DNA of 64,000 nucleotides, taken from the NCBI GenBank assembly GCA_051294905.1, contig CM119372.1, forward strand, positions 31,746,001-31,810,000, given 5' to 3'. This DNA comes from Botryllus schlosseri. Taxonomy: Eukaryota. Numbering within the stretch: the first letter of the stretch is position 1; every line of letters starts with the position of its first letter. Under the pieces are notes generated by a model. That model made no database searches. It had not been told where the DNA came from and saw nothing but the letters and a program-made list of their open reading frames with translations. Of this stretch, positions 58,279 to 64,000 are shown in pieces. Made by a program: the position numbers and the translations under genes.

Positions 58279-59813
58279 TCCTTCGGAGCAGTAGGCTGTT
58301 CGGTAGAGGTGTTCCTTTGACCAATCCCGTCATTCATTTTATCGTTTGGAAGTAGTTCCCTGCATTCATCATCCCAGTGTCCATTTTTCCTACATCGAGC
58401 ACATACAGGCACACGGCAGAACTTTGCGGAGTGACCATACATTCCACAATGGTTACAATTCCCTTGAAACCGTCTTCTGTGACCGTAGCTGTCTTGCCTA
58501 CGCGCTGTAGAAAATTTCAATTCCTCCATCTCCTTTGAAAACATATTCTTCAGTTGCCTCATTTCATTTTCCAAGTCGGCTACCATCTTTGTAAACTCAG
58601 GTTTTCCACCAGAAGTACAACCGTCACTGCATGTCTTGCCTGTCGCAATCGGGGCAATCATGGGTTTACGTAGTACTGAGGACTTTGAAGTTTTAAGAAC
58701 ATCCAATACATCTGTTGCTCGGTCGACCAGGTCCCATAGCGATGCTTCTTTGTTTTCAATCGACAAGGCCAAGGCAACGCTTGCATCTCCATACCCCGTA
58801 GCAAATTGTCTTTTAGTCAAACTCTCGACTTCCATTTGGTCACGCCCAGGAAACCCCTTCCTCGCCAACTTCTGTAGTGCGATAGCGAAATCAGCAGGAG
58901 ACTCCTGAAGGTTTTTCTCACGAGCATAAAACTCACGAACATAGTCCTTCTCATGGGTTGATTTACCCAATCGTTTCTTCAGATGCGACACCAACTTGTC
59001 ATAATCGCGACGATCTTCTTCTTGTAGTTCTAAAGCCAATTTCTGAGCATGGCCTTCGAGGCATACCTCTAATTGCAATGCAGCGATGCCTCTATCCCAA
59101 TCATGTAGTAATACCATGGCCTTGAAATGTTGCAAGTAATCTTCAAAAGGTTCTTTACCATCACCACTGAAGTGTCTTGGTGAGGTCACACCGATCGAGT
59201 GGACAGCCAAACCATTACACCGACGAGGTGTGCTTGCCCAAGCAGACTTCCCAAAATTGCTAAACTCGGGTACCGGTACCATACCAGATGCTGAATATAC
59301 TTGCTGTTTTGAAGATCTCTTCTGTTCCACTCTCACATCATTCTCTGGTCTCGGAGCACACAAGGAAGATGAATCGACCGACTCGTGTTCACTATTTATC
59401 ATTTCCTTCTTTGCAATGACAATATGAGCATTCAACAAGTCCAAAATTTGCTGGCTTTGTCCATGCAGAGCGTTCATTTCATCACGGAATTCCTCTTGAT
59501 TTCCACGCATAATACGCAATTCCTGGCGCAGTTCATTGTTCTCCTCACGCAGAACATGCAATTCATGGCTCATGCGCTGGTTTTGACTGCACATCTGATT
59601 CTGATTTTCAAGCAAAGTGTTCATTTCCTGGCGCAGAATCTTCACCTCTTTCCCCGATTCAACTGCTACGATTCTTGAACTCTCTGCATCATTTTGGACT
59701 TTTGCAAAAGTTCTCAATAACATAGTACCAGTATCAATTTCTTCGTTCTCGCCGCCTACTGCAAACGGTTCATCTCTCTCATATTCAGAGTCAAGTCCTG
59801 GCGTGCTCGCCAT
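58260..59813 (-). CDS. gag: Gypsy Gag with coiled coil and two CCHC knuckles
   Basis: CNHCGMYGHSAKFC and CARCRKNGHWDDEC. The first ATG is at 59813; the frame is open from 59873 inside the LTR. Confidence 0.92.
   Translation of the reverse strand: MASTPGLDSEYERDEPFAVGGENEEIDTGTMLLRTFAKVQNDAESSRIVAVESGKEVKILRQEMNTLLENQNQMCSQNQRMSHELHVLREENNELRQELRIMRGNQEEFRDEMNALHGQSQQILDLLNAHIVIAKKEMINSEHESVDSSSLCAPRPENDVRVEQKRSSKQQVYSASGMVPVPEFSNFGKSAWASTPRRCNGLAVHSIGVTSPRHFSGDGKEPFEDYLQHFKAMVLLHDWDRGIAALQLEVCLEGHAQKLALELQEEDRRDYDKLVSHLKKRLGKSTHEKDYVREFYAREKNLQESPADFAIALQKLARKGFPGRDQMEVESLTKRQFATGYGDASVALALSIENKEASLWDLVDRATDVLDVLKTSKSSVLRKPMIAPIATGKTCSDGCTSGGKPEFTKMVADLENEMRQLKNMFSKEMEELKFSTARRQDSYGHRRRFQGNCNHCGMYGHSAKFCRVPVCARCRKNGHWDDECRELLPNDKMNDGIGQRNTSTEQPTAPKDFLERR
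59795..59812 (-). other. Primer binding site, probably tRNA-Arg
   Basis: TGGCGAGCACGCCAGGAC 1 nt after the 5' LTR; resembles the complement of tRNA-Arg 3' ends. Confidence 0.75.
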
Positions 59814-60061
59814 TGTGGCCGTTCTGTCTTTGTTCCTATTATAATCTATATACCTCACAGAAGATGATGCCACTGTCTTTCAGGTTCGAGACTGAAATGA
59901 GAGGTTCCACCGAATGCGAACTCACAGTATGCATTTCACAAAAGCAGCAGTAAAGTACCAAAGCTGGCGCAGCAGAAGACGAATAATTCTAGTTCCTCAT
60001 TTTCCCGCCGGCGTGCTCTCCTAACCGGAGATCACCCAGCCTCTGGATCCGAGCGGTTACA
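59814..60061 (-). repeat. 5' LTR
   Basis: Direct repeat of 54041-54288. Confidence 0.95.
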
Positions 60062-60529
60062 CCTGTCTTGGCCTTCATAGTCTCAAGTCATATGACTTGT
60101 TTCGAGTCATACATAATGACTCGAGTACAAGTCGAGTCAATACACAAATTGACTCGAGTCGAGTCATTTTACGCATTGACTTGAGTCAAGTCGGGTCACC
60201 AAAAACTCGCGATTCGAGTCATTACAACCCTGCTGTCTACCATGTACCTTGTTCATGAAAACTATATTCTACAACAGATCTTGTTGTGATTTCGTATTGA
60301 AGTAACTTGAACGTGTTACCAGGAACGATGAGTGTATTTTTATTAAAAAGCGGATTTCGAAACGTCATAATATAACAATGGTAACCAGAAAAAAATTCAG
60401 CAATTTTTCACACAAACTAAACAAAACATACCAGAACAGATTATAAAGACGAGCTATACCTAAGAATAACTTTGGAATGTCTTTGTGATAAACTGATGTC
60501 CTTGCTATTTGCTTAAACTCCACTGGCGC

Positions 60530-62696
60530 TTATCGTCTTTTCAGGTCTCTTATGCCATGACAGTGAGTTTAGTAATGTTGATGATTCTTCAATTGCTCAC
60601 CAACCATCATCGGAATCTCTGAGACCAAGTTGAAAGAACATCCAGCAACTAATGCTAACCTGACAGGTTTCAACTTTTTACACTCGCCATCTAAAACGAA
60701 CGTTGGAGGTGTTGGACTATACATCAACGAAGGTCTGAGATATGACATGATGCCCGACGTAAAATTTGAAACCGAAGGCGTAGAATATATATTTATCAGA
60801 GTACATGTACAAAAAGCTCTCACAGTGGCACTCATCTACAAACACCCAGGAACAAAGCAAGAGACTTTTCTTGACGAATTCTCAAATATACTGGAAACGC
60901 TAACGGCAGCTAACGAACAAATATTTATTATGGGAGACATAAATATTGATTTGCTGAAGACCACCAACTTCAACACAAGGTACCGTGAAATGCTTGATTC
61001 TTATGGAATAGCTCAGATAATTACTGAACCCACAAGAATAGCTGACCAATCCAAAACTCTACTCGATCACTTCTACTGCAACACTCATCAATATCACCTG
61101 TCCCCTTTTGTGCTCCAACACAGTATGACTGATCACTATCTCATCATCTGCCACAATGTGCTAAAGAATTTGAATCTCGAACGCCCTTAAACCCACGCGG
61201 TATTGGGGAGTATATTGAAATTGTCAGCGATACCTTCAACAACTACAAAATTCCTCCACTCACAATTGACAACTCCAATCGCCACTTTGAAAAATTTATT
61301 GAGGAACTGCGGGCAGCCCTCGACACATCTTTCCTAATTAGGAAAGTCAACCGCAATGCAAGGCGCTTGAAATCGAAACCGTGGATTGGTCATGACATAC
61401 TAGTTGCGATCAAAACAAGGGATTGGATGCATAAGCACTACTATCTGCAAGGCACAAGCGAAGGAAAAAAAGTGTAGGCTACAAAAATATGCAAACCAAG
61501 TGACACATATGAAAGAAAATGCCAAAATGCATACTTCCAAAAAAGATTCGAAGAGTACTCCAAAGATCCCAAGAACTCATGGAAAACCATTGGAGAAATT
61601 ATCAACCTAACTAAAGGTAATGCTCCCAAGAGTGCTGTTGACATCGAGCTACTCGAGAATGGCAGCTTGATCAAGGACCAGCTTGCAGTAGCCGAAAAGT
61701 TCAATCAGTATTTTTGCAACATTGGTCCGGATCTTGCAGCTTCAATACCAAACTCCTTCAATGACTTTCTCTCGTACTTGAGTCCTGGCCCTCAGAAATC
61801 CATTTTTCTTGAGCCGACAAGTAAAGGAGAAGTTGCCATCACATTACCTGAAATGAAAAGTAACAAAGCAGTAGGACCCGATCTCATCCCAACTCACTTT
61901 CTGAAGCTAGTCTTTAATATTATTGGTGATGTTATATGCATTTTCTTTAATGAGTCGATACGTCAAGGCATTTTCCCAGATGCACTGAAAACTGCCAGAG
62001 TAATGCCAGTGTTTAAGAAAGGCTGCAAAAAGTTAATTTTTAACTACCGACCAATATCCGTTTTGTCAAATCTTGCCACGGTTTTTGAGAAACTGATTGA
62101 CTGCCGACTCAAGAATTTTTTTGAATTGAATGCTGTACTGTCTCTGACTCAGCATGGATTCAGATCAAACCACAGTACCAACCATGCAATACTATCAATT
62201 GTAACGGACTATTACAAAACCATCAAGCAAAAAAAGTGGCTGCAGCATTTTTATCGACCTCCGCAAAGCCTTCGACACAGTTAACCACATAATGTTAAGA
62301 TACAAGCTAGAACACTATGGAATCAGGGGTATTGCAGCAACTCTACTTGAAAGCTACCTGGCAAACCGCAAACAATTTGTTAAACTGGGGACATTTAGAA
62401 CGACTACCAGAGATATAACTTGTGGAATGCCACAAGGCTCAGTCCTTGGACCGACTTTTTTCCTCATTTATATTAACGACATTGTTAATGCATCTTTATT
62501 CCGCACAACCCTATTTGCTGATGATACTCACCTCTCCATATCCTCTAACACTGTCAATGATTTGCATGCATCCGTGAATAGGGAACGCCCAAAAGTGTCG
62601 AGATGGCTGCAAGCAAACAAACTAAGTTTGAATGCAGATAAGACCGAGATGCTCCTTTTAAATAATCCCAATCATAGTTTCACCAGCGTGTACTAA
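60530..62696 (+). pseudogene. Decayed CR1/L2-group LINE ORF2 (APE endonuclease plus RT), frameshifted and 3'-truncated
   Basis: GISET, GGVGLYI, MGDINIDL, EPTR...LLDH, TDHY; NYRPISVL, QHGFR, DLRKAFDTVNH, GMPQGSVLGP, LFADDT. Confidence 0.92.
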
Positions 62697-62879
62697 AAGT
62701 TGGTGTGGACACTCGGAAAATCACGTGACTGTCACGCCCAGATACCTTTGACGACTTTGTTATTGTCGATCCGTCAGCAACAGTAAGTAAAGGCAAAGTC
62801 GCTATTGCTCTTCGTTGATTTCAACTATGTTCCATATCGATTTGGGTGACATAATTTCGTATGGTATATTTTGATGCTG

Positions 62880-63990
62880 TCATCGTGCGCTATACCAAGT
62901 TTCAAGACTATGGCTTTATGACTAGCGTAGTAATTTCGCTGTCGAAGTCGAGTATCGAGTAAATCAGCTCGCACCGATATATTGTAGACTTTGATAACGG
63001 AATTACTATGCTAATCATTGAGTGACGATACTGAAACTTACTGCGAAGCTGCATAACACAACCAAGATATACCATGCCAAATTTAGTCATCCATCTCGGT
63101 ATGGAAGACTTTCAAAATTCACATATACCAATATCAAATTTTGCGAAAATTCATTTATGCGGTAGGCGCAATGCCAAACCAGCACACTCAGAACCTGGAT
63201 ACTCGAATTTGATAACGTACTTACTACTTTATAGAGTCACACTCTTGAAACTTGGTACAGTGTTAGATTCCTTCATCTAGGTATACAATACGAAATTTTA
63301 CTATCCATAGCCGTATAAAATACATTTAAATTGCGCACATACCAATACTGGCTTTTGCAATAAAATCTGCTATGCGGCAGGTTGAATGCCAAATCAGCGC
63401 GCACCCTGACATACGCGAATTTGATAACGAAATTGCTACCGTAATAATTGAGTCACAGCCTTAAAACTCCATACAGTGCCAGATGTCTCCATCAGAATAT
63501 ATAATACGATATTTTGTTATCTACTGCGGAAGCGAAATAAAACACATTCAAAACCTACATATAGCATGATAGCAATTTCGGCTTTTGTGGAAAATCTGAC
63601 ATGCAGTAGGCTAGATGGCAGGTCAGCGATGTACTTGATATACTCGACTATGATAACGAAATTACTATCCTGATCACCGACTCACACCCTCAAAAATGGG
63701 TTCAGTGTAAGATGCAATCATCTAACCTTCAGCCTACCGCATAACTGATTTTTCACGAAAAACAGTATTGGTATGTGTAGATTTTGATTGTGTCCTATAC
63801 GGCGATGGATGACAATATTTCGTACTACATATCTTCATGATGGCATCTAACACTGTACGAAGTTTTAAGGCTGTCACCCAATAATTACAGTAGTAAGTAT
63901 ACGTTATCAAAGTCGAGTATTAAGGGTCCGCGTGCGCTGATGTCGTAATTAGCCTACCGCTTAATTGAATTTTCGCAAAATTTGATATTG
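62880..63990. repeat. Diverged ~215-bp repeat units in direct and inverted orientation
   Basis: TGATAACG..ATT.CTA cores near 62992, 63210, 63422 and 63651; inverted copies at about 62890-62960 and 63850-63920. Confidence 0.6.
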
Positions 63991-64000
63991 GTATATGTGA

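Larger units (their letters stand above)
54041..60061 (-). mobile_element. Full-length Ty3/Gypsy LTR retrotransposon
   Basis: 248-bp LTRs with TG...CA ends and 3 mismatches seen, PBS, PPT, and gag-PR-RT-RH-IN order; imperfect 4-bp TSD TCTG/CCTG. Confidence 0.97.
53690..60232. mobile_element. MITE with GACTCGAGTC subterminal repeats that hosts the Gypsy element
   Basis: TIR CAGGGTTGTAA / TTACAACCCTG; dense GAGTC/GACTC motifs at both ends; no clean TSD. Confidence 0.65.

Overview
AT-rich eukaryotic (animal-type) DNA made almost entirely of nested mobile elements; I could not support any host protein-coding gene. Standard content: a near-complete Gypsy LTR retrotransposon (54041-60061, minus), a decayed CR1/L2-type LINE (about 60530-62696), a split R4/Dong-type non-LTR element, a tRNA-derived SINE, Penelope-like fragments with minimal hammerhead motifs, a decayed 28S rRNA fragment, and many non-autonomous hAT elements with 8-bp TSDs. 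The main surprise is a 30.9-kb element (19643-50539) with Polinton/Maverick-type ends (AGTAGTAGT...ACTACTACT, 6-bp TSD ATCGGG) but no recognisable polymerase, integrase or capsid gene. Removing two later insertions, each bounded by its own 8-bp TSD, leaves one ~11-kb fold-back palindrome centred on inverted 41-bp arrays. One insertion (21402-35274; TSD TAACATCT; GG-starting imperfect TIRs, Merlin-like) carries a co-oriented minus-strand cassette: small membrane-type ORFs, a 609-aa Gag-like protein with PTAP and PPxY late motifs, a cryptic DTG aspartic protease, three 45-aa Cys/His repeats and a decayed Tpt1/KptA (RNA 2'-phosphotransferase)-like domain. All alignments and translations outside the ORF track were done by eye; no database search was run.
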